Origin: a virus
Taxonomy: Duplodnaviria; Heunggongvirae; Uroviricota; Caudoviricetes
Length of the DNA stretch: 18,465 nt
IMG/VR virus record: IMGVR_UViG_2731957841_000006
Location: 1-18,465 of that record
Strand: one strand, 5' to 3'
In this document: in pieces, positions 1-7,350 of the stretch
How the letters are laid out: each line of letters starts with the position of its first letter
How positions within the stretch are numbered: the first letter of the stretch is position 1
Position numbers and translations under genes: made by a program
The notes under the pieces: model-generated
The model's database searches: none
Told to the model about the DNA's origin: nothing
Seen by the model: only the letters and a program-made list of their open reading frames with translations

Positions 1-1254
1 ATGCTGGAACAAATGGGCATTGCCGCGAAGCAAGCCTCGTATAAATTAGCGCAACTCTCCAGCCGCGAAAAAAATCGCGTGCTGGAAAAAATCGCCGATG
101 AACTGGAAGCACAAAGCGAAATCATCCTCAACGCTAACGCCCAGGATGTTGCTGACGCGCGAGCCAATGGCCTTAGCGAAGCGATGCTTGACCGTCTGGC
201 ACTGACGCCCGCACGGCTGAAAGGCATTGCCGACGATGTACGTCAGGTGTGCAACCTCGCCGATCCGGTGGGGCAGGTAATCGATGGCGGCGTACTGGAC
301 AGCGGCCTGCGTCTTGAGCGTCGTCGCGTACCGCTGGGGGTTATTGGCGTGATTTATGAAGCGCGCCCGAACGTGACGGTTGATGTCGCTTCGCTGTGCC
401 TGAAAACCGGTAATGCGGTGATCCTGCGCGGTGGCAAAGAAACGTGTCGCACTAACGCTGCAACGGTGGCGGTGATTCAGGACGCCCTGAAATCCTGCGG
501 CTTACCGGCGGGTGCCGTGCAGGCGATTGATAATCCTGACCGTGCGCTGGTCAGTGAAATGCTGCGTATGGATAAATACATCGACATGCTGATCCCGCGT
601 GGTGGCGCTGGTTTGCATAAACTGTGCCGTGAACAGTCGACAATCCCGGTGATCACAGGTGGTATAGGCGTATGCCATATTTACGTTGATGAAAGTGTAG
701 AGATCGCTGAAGCATTAAAAGTGATCGTCAACGCGAAAACTCAGCGTCCGAGCACATGTAATACGGTTGAAACGTTGCTGGTGAATAAAAACATCGCCGA
801 TAGCTTCCTGCCCGCATTAAGCAAACAAATGGCGGAAAGCGGCGTGACATTACACGCAGATGCAGCTGCACTGGCGCAGTTGCAGGCAGGCCCTGCGAAG
901 GTGGTTGCTGTTAAAGCCGAAGAGTATGACGATGAGTTTCTGTCATTAGATTTGAACGTCAAAATCGTCAGCGATCTTGACGATGCCATCGCCCATATTC
1001 GTGAACACGGCACACAACACTCCGATGCGATCCTGACCCGCGATATGCGCAACGCCCAGCGTTTTGTTAACGAAGTGGATTCGTCCGCTGTTTACGTTAA
1101 CGCCTCTACGCGTTTTACCGACGGCGGCCAGTTTGGTCTGGGTGCGGAAGTGGCGGTAAGCACACAAAAACTCCACGCGCGTGGCCCAATGGGGCTGGAA
1201 GCACTGACCACTTACAAGTGGATCGGCATTGGTGATTACACCATTCGTGCGTAA
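1..1254 (+). CDS. proA: Gamma-glutamyl phosphate reductase (glutamate-5-semialdehyde dehydrogenase), full length 417 aa
   Basis: Translation matches the enterobacterial ProA sequence as I recall it end to end ([16 protein letters not shown]...GDYTIRA); the window begins at the start codon. Confidence 0.95.
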
Positions 1255-1368
1255 ATAAAACCGGGTGATGCAAAAGTAGCCATTTGATTCACAAGGCCAT
1301 TGACGCATCGCCCGGTTAGTTTTAACCTTGTCCACCGTGATTCACGTTCGTGAACATGTCCTTTCAGG

Positions 1369-1444
1369 GCCGATATAGCTCAGTTGGTAGAGCAGCGCAT
1401 TCGTAATGCGAAGGTCGTAGGTTCGACTCCTATTATCGGCACCA
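1369..1444 (+). tRNA. thrW: tRNA-Thr (anticodon CGT), 76 nt with encoded CCA
   Basis: GCCGATATAGCTCAGTTGGTAGAGCAGCGCATTCGTAATGCGAAGGTCGTAGGTTCGACTCCTATTATCGGCACCA folds as a cloverleaf: 7-bp acceptor stem GCCGATA/TATCGGC, anticodon loop TTCGTAA, T-loop GGTTCGACTCC. Sits directly after proA and directly before the integrase gene. Confidence 0.9.
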
Positions 1445-1458
1445 TTAAAATCAATAAG

Positions 1459-2622
1459 TTACACATCATTAGTACCTTCCTTATTTTTTGACTGGGACAA
1501 ATTTGGGACCGATGGGTTCAGGATCGAGTCTATTTGCCGTGCGTGTTCGGTAAGGTGATTAGGTGCAAGGTGAGCATATCGACGAACCATTTCGATAGAC
1601 TCCCAGCCTCCCATTTCCTGTAACACTGACAACGGGACTCCGGCTTGAACCAGCCAACTTGCCCAGGTGTGTCTCAAGTCGTGAAATCTGAAATCATCAA
1701 TACCAGCCCGTCTCAGCGCCGCTTTCCAGGCTGTGTTTGCGTCATACCGCATCTTCCTTACTGTTGGCGCTTTCGTTCCGTCTGGTTTGGTACAGCTTTC
1801 CTTGTACACAAATACCCAACGGTGATGATTCCCGATTTGTTTTTTCAATACGCGACATGCAGTATCATTCAGCGCAACGCCAATTGCGCGGTTTGATTTA
1901 CTCTCTTCCGGGTTTATCCATGCCACCCGGCGCTGCATATCTATTTGTTGCCATTCAAGGTTGATGATGTTCGAGCGTCTTAAGCCTGTTGCCAGTGCAA
2001 ATTCAACAACAGACTTTAATGGCTCCGGACATTCATCAATCAGCCTTTGTGCTTCATGGGGCTCCAGCCAGCGGATCCGTTTATTCTTTGGTTGAGGCAC
2101 TTTAATAATTGGTGCCTTATCCAGCATTTTCCATTCACGCTCTGCGGCTCTTAGTAGGGCCTTTATAAATGAAAGATGCGTAGCCTTCGTTGCAACGGAC
2201 GCTGGTTTTGGCGTGTATTCTGGAACAGGTTTCCCTTTTTTTCTGCATGCTTCTGCCCTGAGTTTCCAGTTTTCCTCATGACGCCGGTTCGTCATTTTCT
2301 GCATTGCTGAATAAATTTTTGATTCAGTAATGTCTCTTAGTTGCATTCCTGCGAAATGTTGAAGCCAGAATCCGATCCGGCTTTTGTCATCGTCCAGTGA
2401 TTTTTTATGTGCTTTCTCTTCAAGCCACCTGACACAAGCTTCCTCGAACGTTATATCAGGTATTTCACCAAGTTTGCTGACCCGCCATGCTTCAGCCTTT
2501 AGCTTGTCATGGAGTTCTGTCGCCTGCCTTTTGTCCTTTGTTCCAAGAGACTGTTTAAATCTTTTACCGTTCGGCAATGTGAAACTGGCGTACCATATTT
2601 CACCTCTGCGGAAGAGTGACAT
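1459..2622 (-). CDS. int: Phage integrase, tyrosine recombinase (P22-type, thrW-specific), 387 aa
   Basis: 387-aa ORF with C-terminal tyrosine-recombinase signature ([10 protein letters not shown]...VRRYAHL); N-terminus [22 protein letters not shown] resembles P22 Int; ATG preceded by AGAGGA; lies next to the tRNA 3' end. Confidence 0.92.
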   Translation of the reverse strand: MSLFRRGEIWYASFTLPNGKRFKQSLGTKDKRQATELHDKLKAEAWRVSKLGEIPDITFEEACVRWLEEKAHKKSLDDDKSRIGFWLQHFAGMQLRDITESKIYSAMQKMTNRRHEENWKLRAEACRKKGKPVPEYTPKPASVATKATHLSFIKALLRAAEREWKMLDKAPIIKVPQPKNKRIRWLEPHEAQRLIDECPEPLKSVVEFALATGLRRSNIINLEWQQIDMQRRVAWINPEESKSNRAIGVALNDTACRVLKKQIGNHHRWVFVYKESCTKPDGTKAPTVRKMRYDANTAWKAALRRAGIDDFRFHDLRHTWASWLVQAGVPLSVLQEMGGWESIEMVRRYAHLAPNHLTEHARQIDSILNPSVPNLSQSKNKEGTNDV

Positions 2623-2849
2623 TTTCTTTCCTCTGTTATGCCATCACCCGCGCTCACCTGGACAGTATGCAGCGGAGACTGAAGAGCCGCAATGCAGGCT
2701 TGTCGTGTTGTGAGGTAAGGAGATTTATTCTTAGTGGGATCTTTGCGTGTTGCCTGAAGACGCCCTGTGCGTATCCAGTTAATGGCAGTCGGTCTGGATA
2801 TCTTGAGAAAATGACAGGCCTCATCGAGTGTGAGGCTGTATGGCTCCAT
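2499..2849 (-). CDS. xis: Excisionase (Xis), 116 aa; 3' end overlaps the int start
   Basis: Internal ATG of the 2499..2933 ORF ([31 protein letters not shown], winged-helix/excisionase-like) preceded by GAGGTG at good spacing; size and position match P22-type Xis. Confidence 0.7.
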   Translation of the reverse strand: MEPYSLTLDEACHFLKISRPTAINWIRTGRLQATRKDPTKNKSPYLTTRQACIAALQSPLHTVQVSAGDGITEERKCHSSAEVKYGTPVSHCRTVKDLNSLLEQRTKGRRQNSMTS

Positions 2850-3154
2850 TATTTCACCTCTTGTTGTGACATTGTTGAAAAATGGATACCAGCTCGTTGC
2901 TGCCAGACGATCCAACCGAGAGTCATATCCCATGCCATGTATTCGTTATCGCCGTTTTTTGCTCTCCGACGATCTACTAAGTCACCGAAACGCTTTTCCA
3001 TGAATAATTCATAAGCTTCGCGTTCATCTGGTTCTACTTCCAGAGATAGGAGTGCGATTTCATAAGCACGGCGCTCAATATCGTCTCGCACGTCAAGGCT
3101 GCTGATACGCTCTTTAATTTCTTTAATCAGTTCTTTGTCGGTAAAAGTGGTCAT
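2849..3154 (-). CDS. Hypothetical prophage early protein, 101 aa
   Basis: ORF with GGAG upstream of the ATG; its stop overlaps the xis start (TAATG) and its start overlaps the stop of the upstream gene, indicating translational coupling in a leftward operon. Confidence 0.6.
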   Translation of the reverse strand: MTTFTDKELIKEIKERISSLDVRDDIERRAYEIALLSLEVEPDEREAYELFMEKRFGDLVDRRRAKNGDNEYMAWDMTLGWIVWQQRAGIHFSTMSQQEVK

Positions 3155-3516
3155 TATGCTCCAGCCTCCGGTGCTTTTGGCATTACTGCCCAGTGAGTGA
3201 TATTGACGTTTTCAAGGTCCCCGACCTGAAATGTCCACTGCCATTCTCCGGTTTCTTTTTGTCCCCAGGTGTACCAGAGAGAACGCCAGCCAATTAGCCA
3301 GCCTTCTCCGTTAGCATCGAATAACAAAACACTTTCATTTGCTGGTGGCAGTTCAGTTGACACTGGTATTACTTTGTTTTCCTGTGCTGCACATTTAGCT
3401 TCAAGCGCATCGAATTTACGCACCAGGTATTCAGCATCCGTTTCATTCACTTTCAGATCTCGCGGTACACATCTCCCACGAAGAAACCCTTCCATTTCGA
3501 AAACATTCATGCGCAT
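3154..3516 (-). CDS. Hypothetical prophage early protein, 120 aa (alternative start at 3510)
   Basis: ORF in the same leftward operon; GGAG 8 nt upstream of the ATG at 3516; ATG at 3510 overlaps the upstream stop (ATGA). Confidence 0.6.
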   Translation of the reverse strand: MRMNVFEMEGFLRGRCVPRDLKVNETDAEYLVRKFDALEAKCAAQENKVIPVSTELPPANESVLLFDANGEGWLIGWRSLWYTWGQKETGEWQWTFQVGDLENVNITHWAVMPKAPEAGA

Positions 3517-4043
3517 TTGCGTAACTCCGATAATTCGTTAAAGCGTTCCATAAACATCCCGTAGGCATGGCCTGGAGCCAGTGGAATCACGTTGAACATC
3601 TCTGTTGCCGGGATACCTTCCAGCACAGGCCAGAAAGAGCCATCATCAAGCCCGAGATCGCGGCGTTCGGTTGCCAGCATAATGAGATCGGCATATTTCA
3701 CTGGCGTGCTCATAACAGGAGGTAACCCGTATTTCTCACGGATTACGGCGTCTATTTTTTCTTCCATCCGTTTATAGTCAGGAAGAAGTCGTTTCAGTGG
3801 TGCGGGGATGTCCTGGCAATATGCTTCTGTTGCATCATGCATTAAAGCTTCAAAAGCAAATTCCTGCGGCACCAGCTGGCTGCAAAGCACCGCATGTTGG
3901 GCGACACTGTAGAAGTGTGAAAGATGTCCTGCAAAGCGACAGATATTTGAAAGGGAAACCGCGATATCGTTAATAACGATGTCGTCTTTATTTATCCTGT
4001 CATAATAAAAATGCTTCCCGGAAAAAGTTTTAATAAATGACAT
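3507..4043 (-). CDS. HD-domain metal-dependent phosphohydrolase (YfdR-like, nucleotidase family), 178 aa
   Basis: HD motifs visible in translation (RFAGH...H...MHDATEAY); ATG at 4043 preceded by GGAGAA (the ORF track begins at a GTG 27 nt upstream); resembles prophage CPS-53 YfdR as recalled. Confidence 0.8.
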   Translation of the reverse strand: MSFIKTFSGKHFYYDRINKDDIVINDIAVSLSNICRFAGHLSHFYSVAQHAVLCSQLVPQEFAFEALMHDATEAYCQDIPAPLKRLLPDYKRMEEKIDAVIREKYGLPPVMSTPVKYADLIMLATERRDLGLDDGSFWPVLEGIPATEMFNVIPLAPGHAYGMFMERFNELSELRKCA

Positions 4044-4094
4044 TTTGTTCTCCACGTATATGCGCTGCACCGCGCTGAATTCCGGTAAAAGGAA

Positions 4095-4515
4095 GCCCTC
4101 ACCGTCCGGCGATTATTGAGTCAATTACATTTCCATAAATGCCCCCGTAGGGGCGGTTAGTTTCTCCACAAAACAGAGAAGAACACCTGCGGTGGCAGCC
4201 GCCCGGATGGATTGGGTTATGAGCCCGTCGTCCGGTGATGCTCTTCTCTGTTTTGTAAAAAGGACGGTACCAGCCGGAAGCAAGGGTACAAGCTGGTACC
4301 GCCAAGACTACACACAGCATAAAGTTGTGGTGCCGGGTGCCTCCCGGTGCCTGGCGAAGGTTGCACACCAGGCGGGTGGGTATCCACAGAAGGTCGACTG
4401 TCAGCCTCAACCTTAACCCGCGTGCGCTGAGCCGCATTCACCACAACGCTAAGGATTCTCTCTGGTTGAAAATACTTAGCTGTTATGTGCCTGCTTTTAG
4501 CCACATCAGGCGAGG
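4095..4515. other. GC-rich, highly structured non-coding island (candidate structured RNA or element remnant), class unknown
   Basis: About 400 bp much more GC-rich than its flanks; open in several frames on both strands but no translation looks protein-like; nested inverted repeats (e.g. ACAAAACAGAGAAGA ... TCTTCTCTGTTTTGT enclosing ~50 nt; GGTACCAGC ... GCTGGTACC). Confidence 0.3.
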
Positions 4516-4523
4516 TGGACCTA

Positions 4524-4573
4524 GTTATTCCCCAACAACAAGGATTCGGTTAATCTGGTTATCCCCAACAACG
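4524..4573 (+). repeat. Two direct repeats GTTAT(T)CCCCAACAAC about 34 bp apart, just upstream of the 144-aa ORF
   Basis: Seen directly: GTTATTCCCCAACAACA and GTTATCCCCAACAACG; candidate regulator binding sites. Confidence 0.4.
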
Positions 4574-4587
4574 CAAAAGGAAAAGAA

Positions 4588-5022
4588 ATGTCCGGTAATA
4601 TCTATACGCTGTACAAATCCCACTGTGAAAATGTTGGAAAGTATCGGGGCATTGAAATCAGTGGGGTAGTGTCATCAGTCGAAATAAGCAAAGTTGAATC
4701 AAGGGCAACATTACTTACTCTTTTGGACCTTGTCTTACATGAGCACCGGAAGAAATTCGGCACTCCCTATAATCAGTTGAATGGGAAAAAGGCTCTGGTT
4801 CACCTTATTCTGATGAAGCATCACTGGATGCCAAAACAGATTAATGAGATGAAATTTGATGAACTTCTTCTTTCAATTCAGGATGAACTCACACTTGATA
4901 AAATAAGCGTAACCGCCCAGAAATTTTTAGATTATCGAGACTGGAGATCACAAATTCATCACTTTGATGATTTTGACGAAAATGAATGGGATCCTAATTT
5001 GTCTGCACAATATCTAAAGTAA
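4588..5022 (+). CDS. Hypothetical protein, 144 aa (immunity-region moron candidate)
   Basis: 435-nt ORF in AT-rich DNA with AGGA 6 nt upstream of the ATG; no comparable ORF on the opposite strand; no domain recognised by me. Confidence 0.55.
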   Translation: MSGNIYTLYKSHCENVGKYRGIEISGVVSSVEISKVESRATLLTLLDLVLHEHRKKFGTPYNQLNGKKALVHLILMKHHWMPKQINEMKFDELLLSIQDELTLDKISVTAQKFLDYRDWRSQIHHFDDFDENEWDPNLSAQYLK

Positions 5023-5200
5023 CATCCTGTGATAAAACCGTGATTTCCTGATCCAGTTTTTTTAAGGAGTCTATTGTTTCCTGTCGATAAGACAGCACTT
5101 CACGAAGCTGGTTTATAGCTGCCAGCTTCTTTGTCATCCACTCATAAATTTCCTCATCTGTGTAGCCAGGCGCGACGATTTTGGGTTCTGTTTTGTGCAT
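4994..5200 (-). CDS. Hypothetical protein, 68 aa; first gene downstream of the predicted PL promoter
   Basis: ATG at 5200 preceded by GAGGAG at ~7 nt; 3' end overlaps the convergent 144-aa ORF by ~29 nt; not arginine-rich, so not an obvious N homologue. Confidence 0.5.
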   Translation of the reverse strand: MHKTEPKIVAPGYTDEEIYEWMTKKLAAINQLREVLSYRQETIDSLKKLDQEITVLSQDVTLDIVQTN

Positions 5201-5244
5201 TTCACATCTCCTCAAGTTATCAGTTACTTGTTGATGGGGACCAG

Positions 5245-5257
5245 ATTGTTAAAGAGC
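5245..5257 (-). promoter_or_regulatory. boxA-like antitermination element in the PL leader
   Basis: Leftward transcript reads GCUCUUUAACAAU, identical over 13 nt to the rrn boxA core as I recall it; a 5-bp stem-loop (CAAGU...ACUUG) follows before the RBS of the 68-aa gene. Confidence 0.45.
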
Positions 5258-5259
5258 TA

Positions 5260-5283
5260 AGCGTCCTGTAGGGCGCTTTTTTG
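5260..5283 (+). terminator. Candidate intrinsic terminator on the + strand
   Basis: AGCGUCC-UGUA-GGGCGCU stem-loop (one G.U pair) followed by UUUUUUGUUG on the + strand. Confidence 0.4.
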
Positions 5284-5367
5284 TTGCTAACGAATCATCC
5301 TGGACTTCATATGCCCCAGGCGGCTACTTCGTGGGCGTCCTGCCTGTTCGTTGTTTCGCTTGGGTAC

Positions 5368-5395
5368 ATTATGTATCTTAAAGGTACATTGTCAA
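5368..5395 (-). promoter_or_regulatory. PL-like early-left promoter with overlapping operator half-sites
   Basis: On the minus strand: TTGACA, 16-nt spacer, CATAAT; flanked by GGTACA/TGTACC motifs of the same type as the OR palindromes. Confidence 0.5.
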
Positions 5396-5398
5396 GTA

Positions 5399-5422
5399 TA
5401 AAAAAACCTGCCGAAGCAGGTT
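5399..5422 (-). terminator. Intrinsic terminator of the cI transcript
   Basis: Minus-strand RNA ACCUGC-UUCG-GCAGGU followed by UUUUUUUAUA, immediately downstream of the cI stop. Confidence 0.6.
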
Positions 5423-5434
5423 CATAAACATTGA

Positions 5435-6109
5435 TTAGGCTTTGATTTTGTATCTTCTTGGTTTTCCTGAGAAAATCACTGTACCAATTATAGAGCAATT
5501 ACCGTTGATCTTAATGTAAGGCTCAGGCCAGTTTGGGTTTAACGCTTTGAGATAACGCTGTGTCCCATCTTCTATCAACCTTTTGAAGGTGGTTTCACCT
5601 GTATCGTGCATCAATGCAATAACGTCGTCACCGTGGCAGGCAGGTACTTCAGGATCGACAAAAATCATGTCTCCCGGGCGGTACTCATCAATCATTGAAT
5701 CACCTATCACCCGCAAGATATAAGTCATTTCCCCACAGGGTACAGGGCAGGGATACGTTTCTGCTGTGCTCAAATCAACCTCAGAATATCCAACTTCTTT
5801 CCATGCTCCGGCCTGTACCCATGATATGACAGGGACTAATGTGATTTGTTTATTAGTGATTGAAACATCAGGTTTTTTTGTGATGTTCGTTGTCTGGTGT
5901 TCTTGATCGAGCCATCCGACAGGCAGGTCGAAACATTTTTCGATGTGTCGTGCCATGCTGTCACCGATATTTTTAGTAGCACCATCTCCCATAAACCTGC
6001 TGGTCTGGGTTGGCTCGCGATCAATCATAGTGGCAAAGGAAGAATTCCCGCCAACACCATCTCTCAGTTTTCTGGCGTTAGACCGCCGGATGTCATGGAT
6101 TGTTTTCAT
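5435..6109 (-). CDS. cI: CI-like prophage repressor, LexA/S24 peptidase family, 224 aa
   Basis: N-terminal HTH region plus C-terminal S24 autopeptidase signature (GDSM ... K); divergent from the cro-like gene across an operator-rich region; no SD upstream of the ATG (probably leaderless). Confidence 0.88.
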   Translation of the reverse strand: MKTIHDIRRSNARKLRDGVGGNSSFATMIDREPTQTSRFMGDGATKNIGDSMARHIEKCFDLPVGWLDQEHQTTNITKKPDVSITNKQITLVPVISWVQAGAWKEVGYSEVDLSTAETYPCPVPCGEMTYILRVIGDSMIDEYRPGDMIFVDPEVPACHGDDVIALMHDTGETTFKRLIEDGTQRYLKALNPNWPEPYIKINGNCSIIGTVIFSGKPRRYKIKA

Positions 6110-6123
6110 AACGAAATTAAAAC

Positions 6124-6192
6124 CCTTGTACCGTTAAGGTACAAGTATCTTGAAGGTTCATTTCAATCATGTAATATGTACACCGGAGGTAC
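6124..6192. promoter_or_regulatory. OR/PR region: operator palindromes and rightward promoter
   Basis: Perfect 21-bp palindrome CTTGTACCGTTAAGGTACAAG; second site TGTACACCGGAGGTACA overlapping the cro RBS; candidate PR TTGAAG, 16-nt spacer, TAATAT at ~6149-6176. Confidence 0.55.
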
Positions 6193-6199
6193 ATATTGT

Positions 6200-6400
6200 A
6201 TGAAAGCGTATTGGGACTCTTTAACCAAAGAACAGCAGGGCGAGTTGGCCGGAAAAGTTGGCTCAACACCTGGCTACTTACGGCTGGTTTTCAATGGCTA
6301 TAAAAAAGCCAGTTTTGTGCTGGCTAAAAAACTTGAGCAATGCACGTCAGGTGCAATTACGAAATCTGACTTAAGACCGGATATCTATCCGAAAGATTAG
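6200..6400 (+). CDS. Cro-like DNA-binding regulator (YdaS-like), 66 aa
   Basis: ATG with GGAGG ~10 nt upstream; small HTH-type protein (MKAYWDSLTKEQQGELAGKVGSTPGYLRLV...) divergent from cI. Confidence 0.8.
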   Translation: MKAYWDSLTKEQQGELAGKVGSTPGYLRLVFNGYKKASFVLAKKLEQCTSGAITKSDLRPDIYPKD

Positions 6401-6431
6401 CAGAACACTTTCAATTTTTAACCACAGAACG

Positions 6432-6995
6432 ATGAGGCTAATCGTGGGTAAGCATCACTGGAAAATAGAAAAACAGCCTGAGTGGTACGTGAAAGCTGTC
6501 AGAAAAACTATCGCGGCGTTGCCGGGTGGTTACGCTGAAGCGGCTGACTGGCTCGATGTAACAGAAAACGCTTTATTCAACCGCCTTCGTGCAGATGGCG
6601 ATCAGATTTTCCCGCTGGGATGGGCAATGGTTTTACAGCGTGCTGGTGGCACTCACTTCATTGCTGATGCTGTGGCGCAGTCTGCAAATGGCGTCTTTGT
6701 GTCTCTTCCTGACGTCGAGGATGTGGACAACGCCGATATCAACCAACGCCTGCTGGAGGTCATTGAACAGATCGGCAGTTATTCAAAACAGATTCGTTCA
6801 GCAATTGAAGACGGTGTAGTGGAACCGCATGAGAAGACAGCAATTAACGACGAGTTGTACCTCTCAATTTCGAAGCTGCAGGAGCATGCAGCACTGGTCT
6901 ACAAAATTTTTTGCATTTCAGAAAGTAATGACGCCCGCGAGTGTGCAGCTCCGGGCGCCGTGGCGTGTCGTGACTGTGGAGAAACTAACGCATGA
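6432..6995 (+). CDS. YdaT-like prophage regulatory protein (CII/CP76-like family), 187 aa
   Basis: ORF immediately after the cro-like gene, as in the Rac ydaS-ydaT arrangement; family assignment from memory. Confidence 0.65.
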   Translation: MRLIVGKHHWKIEKQPEWYVKAVRKTIAALPGGYAEAADWLDVTENALFNRLRADGDQIFPLGWAMVLQRAGGTHFIADAVAQSANGVFVSLPDVEDVDNADINQRLLEVIEQIGSYSKQIRSAIEDGVVEPHEKTAINDELYLSISKLQEHAALVYKIFCISESNDARECAAPGAVACRDCGETNA

Positions 6996-7330
6996 ACAGT
7001 TTAACAACACACTACCGTCGCTCGCAACTGATTGCGCTTCCTGTACCGGGTGGAAAAGCGAAGGTGGAGTATTGCTATGCAGTGAATGTACCAGGTGACA
7101 GGGAAATTGTAACCCACAGCTTTGCAGAGTGGGCTGTGGGGGATTTCAACCGGCAGAAGGAGGCAGTCCTTTGCGACAAGTTAACCGCTGGTTCAAAGAT
7201 CACTACGGAGTGCCCGTCAGAGTCATTCGTTGGGAGCCGGAAACACAACGGGTTATCTACCTCCGTGAAGGCTATGAGCATGAGTGCTTCAGCCCGCTCG
7301 AACAGTTTCGTCGTAAATTCAGGGAAATAG
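6992..7330 (+). CDS. Hypothetical protein, 112 aa (frame uncertain, see findings)
   Basis: ATG overlaps the YdaT-like stop (ATGA); stop lies 9 nt before the replication-gene start; C-terminal half is low-complexity. Confidence 0.4.
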   Translation: MNSLTTHYRRSQLIALPVPGGKAKVEYCYAVNVPGDREIVTHSFAEWAVGDFNRQKEAVLCDKLTAGSKITTECPSESFVGSRKHNGLSTSVKAMSMSASARSNSFVVNSGK

Positions 7331-7350
7331 AGGTCGGTCATGAGCACTAA
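7171..7350 (+). CDS. Candidate small protein, ~59 aa, in the alternative frame (TTG start)
   Basis: AGGAGG 7 nt upstream of an in-frame TTG; protein-like translation (...[55 protein letters not shown]); its stop overlaps the next gene's start. Confidence 0.3.
   Translation: MRQVNRWFKDHYGVPVRVIRWEPETQRVIYLREGYEHECFSPLEQFRRKFREIEVGHEH

Noticed and set aside
1300-1360. Candidate thrW promoter (TTGACG ... TTTAAC) and the palindrome GTGATTCACGTTCGTGAAC upstream of the tRNA
   Set aside because: The -10 match is poor and the spacing ambiguous; a promoter probably exists here but I cannot place it confidently, so it is not annotated.
1645-1964. Plus-strand ORFs (83 and 75 aa) inside the integrase gene
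   Set aside because: Antisense to a well-supported integrase CDS, no ribosome-binding site, non-protein-like translations.
4099-4669. Four overlapping ORFs (74-114 aa) on both strands in the GC-rich island
   Set aside because: Mutually overlapping, no ribosome-binding sites, non-protein-like composition; open because stop codons are scarce in GC-rich sequence. Treated as non-coding.
4994-5200. The 68-aa first gene of the PL operon as an N-type antiterminator
   Set aside because: No arginine-rich motif; the protein is acidic and coiled-coil-like. The boxA element is reported separately.
5260-5283. The plus-strand hairpin read as a boxB element on the leftward transcript
   Set aside because: On the minus-strand RNA the stem has a C-A mismatch and is preceded, not followed, by the homopolymer run; it fits a plus-strand terminator better. 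The hairpin downstream of boxA (about 5212-5229) is the more plausible boxB-like structure.
5307-5498. 63-aa minus-strand ORF spanning the cI 3' end, terminator and PL region
   Set aside because: Overlaps the cI stop, the terminator hairpin and the PL promoter; no ribosome-binding site; most likely spurious.
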